IMG/VR virus record: IMGVR_UViG_3300049491_000465
Coordinates: 1 to 64,000 of that record
DNA from: a virus
Strand: one strand, 5' to 3'
Length of the DNA: 64,000 bases
Part shown: positions 19,809 to 29,512 of the stretch, one piece after another
Layout of the letters: each line of letters starts with the position of its first letter
How positions within the stretch are numbered: position 1 is the stretch's first letter
Notes under the pieces: model-generated
What the model saw: the letters and a program-made list of their open reading frames with translations, nothing else
Databases searched by the model: none
Told to the model about the DNA's origin: nothing
Position numbers and translations under genes: made by a program

Positions 19809-20155
19809 TGAGTTTCACTGAATTAATAGTGGCAATATCCCTATTCTGTCTTGGTCTTCGTGAGGTAACTGACGAAATAGATCAAGGCAGGATAGGGTAT
19901 CCTATTAGACGGTGGTTCATAGATCAAGAATGGATTCCATTATTTATCGCAAAGCCTATCATTCTTTGTGTGGCTTGTATGGCAAGTTTCTGGGGATCCA
20001 TTATTTACTGGTCTATTGTTTATTATCAATCCAACAACTTCGATTTTATTTCTGATCCAATGACGTATATCAAGTGGATTTTTTGCTGTACATCAGCTTC
20101 ATTTGTAAACACATTATTCTGGACAATAAGAAATAGATTCATCGGGGTTTCTTGA
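19808..20155 (+). CDS. multi-TM membrane protein with CxxC (DUF1360-like)
   Basis: KPIILCVACMASFWG at the start of a TM helix; about three TM segments. Confidence 0.6.
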   Translation: MSFTELIVAISLFCLGLREVTDEIDQGRIGYPIRRWFIDQEWIPLFIAKPIILCVACMASFWGSIIYWSIVYYQSNNFDFISDPMTYIKWIFCCTSASFVNTLFWTIRNRFIGVS

Positions 20156-20165
20156 TTAATTAGTT

Positions 20166-20831
20166 ATGTCAAAGACTCTTGCTGAAGTAGGATATAGCAT
20201 CCGAAATCAAATTAAAGGTTACTTCTCAACTGATGATGAGCGAATTGATATTCAACTTATCTATGACAAGTGTTGGGATGTAAGATCTATTTTACTGAAA
20301 GAAGAGTATCGTCAATTCAAGAAGATAAATGATCAAGATTTTACTACTGAGTGCTGCCTTGAGGTTCAATGTAGCAGTATCGTATGCAACGGAATTGATT
20401 CCGGAGTAAAAGAATTTTTCGTTCAGATACCAAAAATTGAAGCTTCCATTGGTTACGATGGAATTAAATATTTTGGTACAGTTGATAAGAAGACTCCATT
20501 CAGAAGAGTTAATTATCAAGGACACATGTTTTCCGGCCATGAGAAATATACCGGTAGAGCACCAATGTTCACTCTGGTTGATGATAAAGCAATATTGTCA
20601 AACATGCCAACGTCAGGTATGAAGTTCGTCTGCCTCATTGCTATTTTCGAAGATCCAAGAGGTATATGTAATGAAAATGATCCATTCCCATTAGCAAGAC
20701 ATTTAGTTCACAAACTTGAATTGATTGTTATTCAACAATTGATGAGCACAATTCAAATAGGACCAGATGAAACTAATAATGGAAGAGACAATTCTCCGGA
20801 TCAATTACAGAAACAAAGCCGTGTAGAGTAA
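20166..20831 (+). CDS. tail ring/adaptor protein
   Basis: IAIFEDP..C...DPFPL pattern; crAss gene-73-like position. Confidence 0.6.
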   Translation: MSKTLAEVGYSIRNQIKGYFSTDDERIDIQLIYDKCWDVRSILLKEEYRQFKKINDQDFTTECCLEVQCSSIVCNGIDSGVKEFFVQIPKIEASIGYDGIKYFGTVDKKTPFRRVNYQGHMFSGHEKYTGRAPMFTLVDDKAILSNMPTSGMKFVCLIAIFEDPRGICNENDPFPLARHLVHKLELIVIQQLMSTIQIGPDETNNGRDNSPDQLQKQSRVE

Positions 20832-21226
20832 TGGAAAATACAAACATAATAAAGCAGGTAAATCACAAAGGACATGTGACATTCCAGAATCGTGTTTACA
20901 TGGCTGGTGTTCTTTTTAAGATCAACAGTCAATGGCCTTTTGATATGGTTGTATGGCTTCGTGTTGGTTGTGGTTGTAGCGGTTCTACATTCCAAGATAT
21001 AAAACATTATCGTGTATTAGCAAGTGGACATGCAATACTTATAGATGCAAGGTACGTTGTTGAAACTACCGTTCCTATACCTATTGAAAGTCAAGACTTT
21101 GATGAGGCACGAAGAGAACAGCATTTGAATCCAGGAACAGATTTCACAGACATTGTGGCTCATCCGGATCCAGATGCAATAAGAGCATTAGCAAATGGTC
21201 AAGCTATTGATCGTTTCAAACATTAG
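20831..21226 (+). CDS. hypothetical protein with a GCGC motif
   Basis: 131 aa, TAATG-coupled. Confidence 0.6.
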   Translation: MENTNIIKQVNHKGHVTFQNRVYMAGVLFKINSQWPFDMVVWLRVGCGCSGSTFQDIKHYRVLASGHAILIDARYVVETTVPIPIESQDFDEARREQHLNPGTDFTDIVAHPDPDAIRALANGQAIDRFKH

Positions 21227-21235
21227 ATAAACAGA

Positions 21236-21688
21236 ATGAAGTACAAAAGATGGTACTGTTTAGATCATGCTTATACGCATAAAGTCAATTACATTGACGA
21301 TGTGTTTGATTTAAAGAGGTTTAAAAAGCGTTCTTTTACAGATTTCAAAGAGTTACTTAATATGCCAAAGGAAAGAGAGGCAAAGCAAAAAGCAAAAAAT
21401 GTTTTAACTTCTTTTCTAAAAACTCTTGCTCAAGATATCATTGTTAAAAATGAAATATTTGTTCTTCCGTGTGTGAATTTTGGTTACATAAAAATAACCA
21501 ATACAGCAGATCCGAGAAGAAAAGATTATTTCTACGACATAGAATCTGAAGGTAAGATTTTTACACCTAAATTGACTCTTGATAATCGTGTAGTTAAAAT
21601 GAACAAAAAACATTACAAGTTAAGGTTTAATCAAAACCTCAGAATTCAAATGATGAATTTGATTAAGTCAGGACATAAATACATGTGA
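21236..21688 (+). CDS. basic protein, possible IHF/HU-like
   Basis: Very basic; IFVLP..NFGYIKI; sits before the tail-tube gene as in crAss-like phages. Confidence 0.45.
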   Translation: MKYKRWYCLDHAYTHKVNYIDDVFDLKRFKKRSFTDFKELLNMPKEREAKQKAKNVLTSFLKTLAQDIIVKNEIFVLPCVNFGYIKITNTADPRRKDYFYDIESEGKIFTPKLTLDNRVVKMNKKHYKLRFNQNLRIQMMNLIKSGHKYM

Positions 21689-21689
21689 T

Positions 21690-22442
21690 ATGAGCGACAA
21701 TTTCAATAATCCGGCATATACTGTCAACATTAGTGTTGATCCGAGCTTGAGAGCCCTTAATGATAACTCTGTCAATCTCACATGTAACGATGGTAGTTCA
21801 ATAAATTTCCAGGCAAGTTCAGTTGAAGAAGTTGGTTCTGGAAAATATTCTTCGGTAAAAAATGTTGCCGCAAGAATAGCAAGAAATGTTAAAGGAAAAG
21901 AGTTTGACATTTACGATATCGCAGAATGGTGTGGTGAATGTGAGACTGATGAAATTGGCATGTATGAAGGTTTTGCTAAGTATCGCAATGTACCAATACA
22001 GGTCAAAAATAATAAAGGGTATGTCCCTTGCAATGTGTACCGGTTATTAAGTGTTCACAGAAATAAATGTTCTGTTGCTAAATACGACTGGGATGGTGCA
22101 TTTCTTCGATTCAACTTTGATGATCCAGGAACGATGAATAGTGAATACACTGTTTACATCGATTACCTTGGTGTGAAAGTTGACAGTGAAGGATTGCCAA
22201 TGATCTTAGATGGACATCAAGAAGCTTGCTTCTGGTACTGCATGACTAAGATCTATTTCGAAGATTATATGAATGGCCTTACTCCGGAAAATAGATTCAT
22301 GTTTCTCCAGGATCGTCTTGGTCATTATGTAAGTAAAGCAAAAACTTCATTCAGATATGTCACAAGAGATGATATGAATGAGATCCAGAGAATCATGCAT
22401 AATCTGGTTCCTAAAGTGAAAATGTCAAGAAATGTAGGGTAA
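21690..22442 (+). CDS. tail tubular/ring protein
   Basis: VYIDYLGVKVDSEGLPMI.D...EACFWY; synteny with the muzzle gene. Confidence 0.65.
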   Translation: MSDNFNNPAYTVNISVDPSLRALNDNSVNLTCNDGSSINFQASSVEEVGSGKYSSVKNVAARIARNVKGKEFDIYDIAEWCGECETDEIGMYEGFAKYRNVPIQVKNNKGYVPCNVYRLLSVHRNKCSVAKYDWDGAFLRFNFDDPGTMNSEYTVYIDYLGVKVDSEGLPMILDGHQEACFWYCMTKIYFEDYMNGLTPENRFMFLQDRLGHYVSKAKTSFRYVTRDDMNEIQRIMHNLVPKVKMSRNVG

Positions 22443-24568
22443 TGAAACTGAAGACTAAAATAGGGAAATCTGAAATCCATGGTAAAGGTCTTATGGCTGG
22501 AAAGGATTTGAAGCCAGGTGAAAACCTTGGAGTTTCTCATGTTGACAATTGGCCCACAAAAGATATTGGTGAAAACTATAATCATTCAGATAATCCAAAT
22601 GCCATGAGTAAAAATGTAGGTAATAAAAAGATTGTCGTTCCGATAAAGAAGTTAAAGAAAGGCGATGAGATTACTGTTGATTATAGAACTAATCCTGAAC
22701 TGGAACAGCCTGAAGGTTTTAAATCTGGAGGTAGTCTTTATAAGATGATGGATTATCAAAATGGAGGACCCGAAAATTCATCTTCAACACCAGTCAGACC
22801 TGTATCAAACAAACCAAAACCATTAGAGATAGCTGATCCTAAAGAATACAAGTATAGAAAATCTATGTATGATGATAGTTTAAGTCTTTTTAATGCATAT
22901 CAATTTCAGAAAAAGAATATTAATCCCACACCAATATTAAGGGAATATGTAGAGGATTACAATACCACTACTAAAAAATATTTTAATGGAAAAAGACCCA
23001 CCCTAACAGTAGATCAAATAAAAAAAACACGAGATACTAACTTCAACAAAAACTTACCTAAGTTTAGTCACAATGAATACTTAAAAACTAAAAAAGATCC
23101 ATCAGGAGGATTTGATCCAATGGATAAAGCAAGTGGAGATTATAAGATTTATGACCATAATAAAAAGTTAAATTTTAATTATCCAGTATCGTTAGGAAAA
23201 CACAGTTCTCCTGATCTTTGGCATTCAAAAATAAACCCATCAGGTTCTTATTTTGATGGTGTTGCTTATTCTCCAAAGTATAAAAAACCAATTCAACCTG
23301 TTCAGTTTGTTGAAAAACAAACGGAAACATCCGAGAACACAATTAAAGAAGGGTTAAATACAGAAGTAAAAACAATATCTCCTGAAGAACAAGCACCAGT
23401 ATCAAATACGACACCAGAATCTAAAACAACAACTAAATATCCAATTCAACAAGCTTACAGAGCTCAAACAATAATGGAGCCTGATACTGCAATGCCTGGT
23501 AAATACAAAGTAAAAGAAATAAGACAAGTGCCTTATCAAGCTACATCAGGAGATAGTGAATCAGACTGGAAAGATGTTCATGCACCAATTATGCTGTGGG
23601 TTAATGATAAAGGAGAAGAAGTTGAATATGATCCAAGAAAAGGACAAGATTCAGTTAATCATACACAAAACAACGCATCTCAAACAGAGGTTCAGAACGA
23701 AAAAGCTAAAGCAGAAAGAAGATCTCAATTCTTTGATCCAAGTGATCCCAACAGACCTTCGTTCAATAAGGGCGGAAGTATCTATGGTATGATGGAGTAT
23801 CCCGATGGTGGACCAGGTTCAATGACTCCTCCGGCAATGAGTTTAGGAATGACTGATTCAGCCGCAGGGAAAACCATGTTGAATCCATTTTACAGAGAAC
23901 AGCTTAAAATTTATAACGACTGGCCCACATCGTCAAATTTTGGATCAACCACAGCTAAGGTTTTAGAAGGAAGAGAACTTGATAATTGGTATTCAGAAGC
24001 GGTAAAAAATCAACCTGATTTAATTAAAGAAGGAGGGTTGTATGCCGGTAATTTTAAGCCATCAAGAGTTTATTTAGATGAAACAGGAATTTCAGCTTAC
24101 CCAATGTTTAATAAACCTTCAAGATATATACCGGCACCAGAACCAACCCCTCCTCCAGCTCCAGTACCAGTTAAAAGACCTGGTATGTATTTGAGTGCGA
24201 ATACCGCACAGCCAATGCCTGATAGAGGATCTCCTGGACAAGTTGATAGACAGTACAGTCAATACTTAGAAGAGTTCGCAAATTCTCCAGAACAAGTTGC
24301 AGCAAGACAATCTACTCAAGCTAACATGAGTAGTAACACAGAGTTGCTTCAAACCATGACTGAAGAACAGAAGGCTGAAGCCAGAAAAAAGAAAATGACC
24401 CCTACTGAATTTCTTTCTACACAAAATAAAAGTGATTCTGTACAGTCGTCAGGATCGATTGCCAATCCAGTTTCAACAGAAAATACATCTCCGTTCTTTG
24501 ATCCAAACGATCCTAAAAGACCGTCTTTTAATAAGGGTGGTAGTCTGTATAGAATGATGAAATATTAA
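22442..24568 (+). CDS. SET-domain protein fused to low-complexity cargo-like modules
   Basis: KSEIHGKGLMA...NHSDNPNA...KKGDEITVDY in aa 1-~85; three GG-x-LY-x-MM repeats; no Cys. Confidence 0.75.
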   Translation: MKLKTKIGKSEIHGKGLMAGKDLKPGENLGVSHVDNWPTKDIGENYNHSDNPNAMSKNVGNKKIVVPIKKLKKGDEITVDYRTNPELEQPEGFKSGGSLYKMMDYQNGGPENSSSTPVRPVSNKPKPLEIADPKEYKYRKSMYDDSLSLFNAYQFQKKNINPTPILREYVEDYNTTTKKYFNGKRPTLTVDQIKKTRDTNFNKNLPKFSHNEYLKTKKDPSGGFDPMDKASGDYKIYDHNKKLNFNYPVSLGKHSSPDLWHSKINPSGSYFDGVAYSPKYKKPIQPVQFVEKQTETSENTIKEGLNTEVKTISPEEQAPVSNTTPESKTTTKYPIQQAYRAQTIMEPDTAMPGKYKVKEIRQVPYQATSGDSESDWKDVHAPIMLWVNDKGEEVEYDPRKGQDSVNHTQNNASQTEVQNEKAKAERRSQFFDPSDPNRPSFNKGGSIYGMMEYPDGGPGSMTPPAMSLGMTDSAAGKTMLNPFYREQLKIYNDWPTSSNFGSTTAKVLEGRELDNWYSEAVKNQPDLIKEGGLYAGNFKPSRVYLDETGISAYPMFNKPSRYIPAPEPTPPPAPVPVKRPGMYLSANTAQPMPDRGSPGQVDRQYSQYLEEFANSPEQVAARQSTQANMSSNTELLQTMTEEQKAEARKKKMTPTEFLSTQNKSDSVQSSGSIANPVSTENTSPFFDPNDPKRPSFNKGGSLYRMMKY

Positions 24569-24580
24569 AATTTACACACG

Positions 24581-27500
24581 ATGCCAGTACAAAATAATGA
24601 ATTTTTCAAAGGAGACAACAGGGATCTTGATGTTCTGAGAATGCCGAATGATACAGCTCGGAGACTTCAGAACATGCGTATTATTGATGTCGATGGAAAA
24701 GGTCTTGTTTGTACTAATATTGGTGGTAATGAATTCAGATTCTCTTTGACTCATGGATTCATTCCAATTGGAAGATGTGAATACAATGGTATAGGATATA
24801 TCGCTTCAGTTAATCCTGATACAGGGGAAGGTGAAATAGGATGTTATCCTGCACCAACAGCATTAGCGGATCAGAATCCTTCTGCCGTAGGATTTGGTGC
24901 AAAGGTATATGCTCCGTTATTCAATTTTACCGGTGGAAATATTTCGAGAGATCCAAATTCAATTGCTCAAGCATTTAGAACTCCATTGTTCAATTTTGAT
25001 TGTCACAATCAGATCGACATGTTTGCCAGAGAAGATTATGATGGATCTGTAAATCTTTATCTTGCGGAAAAAGGAAATCCATTAAGGGTTATTAACTCTG
25101 GATTTGATAAATCAGGTGCTCTTACATCGATCGGAAGAAGATATTGGAATGGATCGTTCCCAAATGCAATCAGCTTGATTAATGAGTCTGAAAATCATAT
25201 TGACGTTCAATTCACTGGTCTTGGAAAAGCAGGATCATTAAGAGGTGGTAACTGGATATTCTTTGTTCGTTATGCTACTGAGAATTTTGACAAGACATCT
25301 TTCTTTACAGAAACGAATGCAATAATGATTACATCCGGTGAATATGCAAACGAAGGCATAAGACATCATGGTGTTAAGGGTGGTGAAGTAACAGACAAAA
25401 GTGTTAATCTTTCGTTTTCCGATATCGATCCAACATACTCTTATCTTGAGATAGGATACATGTATTCATTCAATGAATCACAAGAGTTTGGAATCATTGA
25501 TAAATTGTATGCACTCGATCCAAATTCCTCAACAATAAACATTGAGATAACCGGATACGAAGGTAGATTTGAAACAGGATTCGAAGAGGTTATCAGATCG
25601 AAAGTAAGATTTGACGGAGCCACAACTCATACCCAATTAGAGAACAGATACTTTGCTGCTGATCTTTTTGACAATACTGATTTTGATGATGATGCATCTC
25701 AAGATATTCTTGATTTTGCTCAGAAAATAAAACCAAAGTATGATGATTCAAAACTTATAGCACACATTTCTGGATCCGGATCTCCAATTGGTATCTACAA
25801 CAATGTTGATAACACATACAATTTCACTGGTCATTTTAGAGGAGAGTCGTATGCTTACGGTATAGTTTGTGTTTTGAACAATGGAAGAGAAACTCAAGCT
25901 TATCCAATAGAAGGTGTTGATGATTACAATGGAGTTGGGGGTACTACAAATCAAAATGGTATTTATAGATTTCCGAATATAAACCTATCTCAAACTGTTG
26001 CCGGTAACAATATTCGTGTTATGGGTATCAAGTTCGATATATCGTCTGCAATCGCTTCAATCCCTCAATACATCCTTGATAACGTATCAGGGTTTTACTT
26101 TGTGAGATCTAAAAGAAATGAAACATTACTGTACCAAGGACTTACACTTCCTTGTTACAATGCTGCTGAAGGGAAGGACATTAGAGGATTATGGTTTGCT
26201 TTTCCAGATTTCCCACAGATTCTTAAAAGAAACGAGAATCTGGTTCCTATGTTTGAGTTGAATGGAGATGATGAGAATGGTGCTGAGTTTCCGTACATAC
26301 ACAGATTTGATCCAGACGATCTTCTTGACAGGGAGTTTACCTTTGTGTTCTGGCATAACAATCTGAATAAAAGAATTGCCAATAAATTTGGATTCTATTC
26401 TCCAGATCACTTCTTTAACAAAAGTGTTGGTGTTAATAAAGCTTTTGTTTCAACATTCGCTGATGTTACATTCAATATCTCTCAAGAAGATAAGTTGAGT
26501 AAGCCGGATTATTTTTACGGTGATAATACATACACCTATATTCTTGGACCAAAATCCATGTATGACATTGCTAATATCAAAGAGTGGGAACCGGCTAATA
26601 ATAATGGATATGCTTCCTATTTCAATGAAGGTGCAAAAAGTGATTTCAATGGTAACTTCTATTTCTTTGCGAAAAACTTACTTGGAACAAAGTATATTGA
26701 GGTAAGAAATCATGAGATGGCTTGGAATTCATACATTGGAATCAATTCATCTAATGCTTTAAGATATAGATTGTCAAACATTTACAGAACAAATGTTGAT
26801 CCTTCTATTTTTGATATAAATGATCTTTATGACATCAAGGCAACTGAGTATTACAAGATTAGTAAGTTCTACAAAATATCAGATGTCGTAGCTGATCCAT
26901 CGATTGTAAACGGTAACATCTTTTATCGTGGAGATTGTTTCCTTCAGAGAACTTGGTTGAAGCAGTTATTCAATCCTAAGTACGGTGTAGGTGTGAAAGA
27001 TGATGGAGGAGGCGTGTTCGGATGGACAGCAGCACTTCCGGGACCAATAAAGGAACGGTTATTCACATTTGGTACATCATTCAGTATTATCACTGAAAAC
27101 AAGATTAATACCGAGATGCGTTTGGATAATGCAATTAATAAATATTACCCCGGATCTGTTGCTCTCATATACGATCATGCTGCAAAAAACATTGAGAAGG
27201 AATCTCAGGATTTGAATCGTGGATACAATGAATTGTTGTCTGTAAAATCTTATCGTGGAATTGATAGAGAGATACCGTTTATTCCAGAAAAGAAACACGC
27301 TGCAATCATGGTGAGTAACAAGCATGTTCTCGGATCTTTCCTTGATGGATACCGTGTTATTGATCAGAATGCGATTCGTGATTACGATTACAGAATGGGT
27401 AAAATTGTTCGTATAGGAGTATTGAATAACATACTTTTGAGCGTTCAAGAATTTGGTGTGAATAGACATTTTGTAAATGAAAAAGCTGTACTTAATGGGG

Positions 27501-28495
27501 GTCAATCCTCTGGTGAATTACTTCTGGGAACTGGTGACGTTCTTGATCCTAAACATTTGAATCTTTCTGATTTTGTCGGATCACAACATGCTTGGTCGGT
27601 AGTATTTACTGATCGTGCTATGTATGGTGTGGATTACAATAAGAGAAAAGTCTGGAGAGCACTCCAGCAAGAAGGTGGACTTTCTGTTGAACCAACAAGT
27701 GATATATATGGATACCGAACAACTATACATCAGCTTTGTGAGAAGAATACTGGGGACTCTGATATTACTGAACTTCTTGATGATAACCCTGTATGTAATG
27801 CAGGTATTGTGGCACATTATGACAGAAAACATAATGACATTATCTTCTCTTGGATATATGGAAATCCAACCACTCCAAATGATTGTGACATTAATAAAAA
27901 CGGTTCTACAATTGTTTTCAATGAATGGATGAATGCATTCCATGGAGAGAGAACTGTTGCTTCACCAATGTCTCTTTCTGTGAATGAGGATTTCTTTTAT
28001 TTCAATCCAAACATATTCCCAAGTATGAATCCAATTCCTGTTCCAAATGGAGACGCTTGGATTCAGGATATTAAGATTTCAGGTGGAATTGAAAATGCTA
28101 CATTGTTCTTTGGGATTGCAGATCCTCATATCTCTTTTGTTGAATTCATTGTTAAAGAACCTGCTGATATTGCAAAAGTGTTTGATAATCTTCACATCAA
28201 CTCTTCTCCGGAAGATTTGTATAAAGCTTTCTATGAAACTCAACATCAAACAGGAGAACATTTTCCATGGATCGTTGGAGATGAAATAAACTACTGGAGA
28301 GATCCTATATACCAAGAAAATCTCTGGAGACTTCCGATTATTAGAACTCAGCAAATACAGGAACCTGAAAACAATATCTATGATGTAGATAGCAGATTCA
28401 GAGGGCGTTGGTTGAAAATAAGATTGGAATATAAGACAGGAAGCAATATCTTTATAAAATCAGTTTTGACTGCATTTAGAGAGTCTAAACACTAA
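24581..28495 (+). CDS. tail muzzle/stabilisation protein
   Basis: 1304 aa; N-terminal KG.NRDLD..P..T.R.LQNMRI, GHFRGESYAYGIV, C-terminal RFRGRWLKIRL; synteny. Confidence 0.75.
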   Translation: MPVQNNEFFKGDNRDLDVLRMPNDTARRLQNMRIIDVDGKGLVCTNIGGNEFRFSLTHGFIPIGRCEYNGIGYIASVNPDTGEGEIGCYPAPTALADQNPSAVGFGAKVYAPLFNFTGGNISRDPNSIAQAFRTPLFNFDCHNQIDMFAREDYDGSVNLYLAEKGNPLRVINSGFDKSGALTSIGRRYWNGSFPNAISLINESENHIDVQFTGLGKAGSLRGGNWIFFVRYATENFDKTSFFTETNAIMITSGEYANEGIRHHGVKGGEVTDKSVNLSFSDIDPTYSYLEIGYMYSFNESQEFGIIDKLYALDPNSSTINIEITGYEGRFETGFEEVIRSKVRFDGATTHTQLENRYFAADLFDNTDFDDDASQDILDFAQKIKPKYDDSKLIAHISGSGSPIGIYNNVDNTYNFTGHFRGESYAYGIVCVLNNGRETQAYPIEGVDDYNGVGGTTNQNGIYRFPNINLSQTVAGNNIRVMGIKFDISSAIASIPQYILDNVSGFYFVRSKRNETLLYQGLTLPCYNAAEGKDIRGLWFAFPDFPQILKRNENLVPMFELNGDDENGAEFPYIHRFDPDDLLDREFTFVFWHNNLNKRIANKFGFYSPDHFFNKSVGVNKAFVSTFADVTFNISQEDKLSKPDYFYGDNTYTYILGPKSMYDIANIKEWEPANNNGYASYFNEGAKSDFNGNFYFFAKNLLGTKYIEVRNHEMAWNSYIGINSSNALRYRLSNIYRTNVDPSIFDINDLYDIKATEYYKISKFYKISDVVADPSIVNGNIFYRGDCFLQRTWLKQLFNPKYGVGVKDDGGGVFGWTAALPGPIKERLFTFGTSFSIITENKINTEMRLDNAINKYYPGSVALIYDHAAKNIEKESQDLNRGYNELLSVKSYRGIDREIPFIPEKKHAAIMVSNKHVLGSFLDGYRVIDQNAIRDYDYRMGKIVRIGVLNNILLSVQEFGVNRHFVNEKAVLNGGQSSGELLLGTGDVLDPKHLNLSDFVGSQHAWSVVFTDRAMYGVDYNKRKVWRALQQEGGLSVEPTSDIYGYRTTIHQLCEKNTGDSDITELLDDNPVCNAGIVAHYDRKHNDIIFSWIYGNPTTPNDCDINKNGSTIVFNEWMNAFHGERTVASPMSLSVNEDFFYFNPNIFPSMNPIPVPNGDAWIQDIKISGGIENATLFFGIADPHISFVEFIVKEPADIAKVFDNLHINSSPEDLYKAFYETQHQTGEHFPWIVGDEINYWRDPIYQENLWRLPIIRTQQIQEPENNIYDVDSRFRGRWLKIRLEYKTGSNIFIKSVLTAFRESKH

Positions 28496-28507
28496 AAAAC
28501 GTAAGTT

Positions 28508-29509
28508 ATGCCATGGCCAGCAATTGCCGCAATAGCGGGTAAAGTATTAGGAGGATTAGCTGCATCTGGAGCAGGTGCAGGAGCGGCCGGTGCTGCCGGA
28601 GCAGGAGGAGCTGGTGCAAGTGGTATTGGTGGAATGCTTGGCGGAGGCGGAGGCGGTATGATGGGCGGAAAAGGTATCATGGGAATGATGGGTGGCCAAG
28701 GTGGAGGCGGAGGTCAAGCCGGTGGAATGATGCAAAATATAGCTGGTAAAATAGGATCGACTGGTGCTGCTGTACAAGGTGGACTTGTTAATATGCTTGA
28801 AGCACAAGATGGTTTATTGATTGATCCTAAATTGTTTGATTATTTATCAAAGATGCAAGGAACCGAAGGACAAGCTCCAGCAATGGGAAATCCTCCAGTA
28901 GCAGACAATACTGCTATGGCATCTGGATTAGAAGCTCAAACACCTCAAGTTCAAGGACAAGATGTTCCTGATGCAGCAGGTTCAGCACCTCCAGTAAATC
29001 CAATGACTCAAGTTCCAGATCCAAATCAACAAGTGGCGGATCCGGCAAGGCAACCTGCTCAACAGCAAACTATCACACCTGGAAATCCAAGTGATTTAAA
29101 AACTAATTTACCTGGTGCAAATCAGGGCCCTCCAGGAAAAGGAGCAGCCGGACAGATTAGCTCTTTAATGGGAATGATGGGTAAAGGAAATTATACAACC
29201 GATCAAAGAGGTGTTACACAAGTTTCTGAAACAAGTGATGTTTTAGGTAATTCTGTTAAGAAATTCGACCCTAAAAAGCCTGGCTCAGCCATTACTGCTA
29301 CTGCTGCTTTTGTTACCGGGATAGCTAAACAGCAATCAGAACAGAGAAGAGCTCGTCGTGAAGAAGCACAATTAGCTTCTGATTTCTCAAGAGCACAACA
29401 AGCCTCAAGTGTTTATGCAGATCCAAACAGTGTTTACTATTCTGCAAAAGATGGTGCACCTGTTAGTTTATCAAAGATGATGGTTGGAGGTAGAACTAAA
29501 AACTGTTAA
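28508..29509 (+). CDS. Gly/Ala/Met-rich putative ejection (cargo) protein
   Basis: Gly-rich hydrophobic N-terminus, P/Q-rich middle; follows the muzzle gene. Confidence 0.55.
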   Translation: MPWPAIAAIAGKVLGGLAASGAGAGAAGAAGAGGAGASGIGGMLGGGGGGMMGGKGIMGMMGGQGGGGGQAGGMMQNIAGKIGSTGAAVQGGLVNMLEAQDGLLIDPKLFDYLSKMQGTEGQAPAMGNPPVADNTAMASGLEAQTPQVQGQDVPDAAGSAPPVNPMTQVPDPNQQVADPARQPAQQQTITPGNPSDLKTNLPGANQGPPGKGAAGQISSLMGMMGKGNYTTDQRGVTQVSETSDVLGNSVKKFDPKKPGSAITATAAFVTGIAKQQSEQRRARREEAQLASDFSRAQQASSVYADPNSVYYSAKDGAPVSLSKMMVGGRTKNC

Positions 29510-29512
29510 GAG

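Noticed and set aside
28540-28740. GC-rich stretch as foreign DNA
   Set aside because: Explained by the Gly/Ala-rich coding sequence
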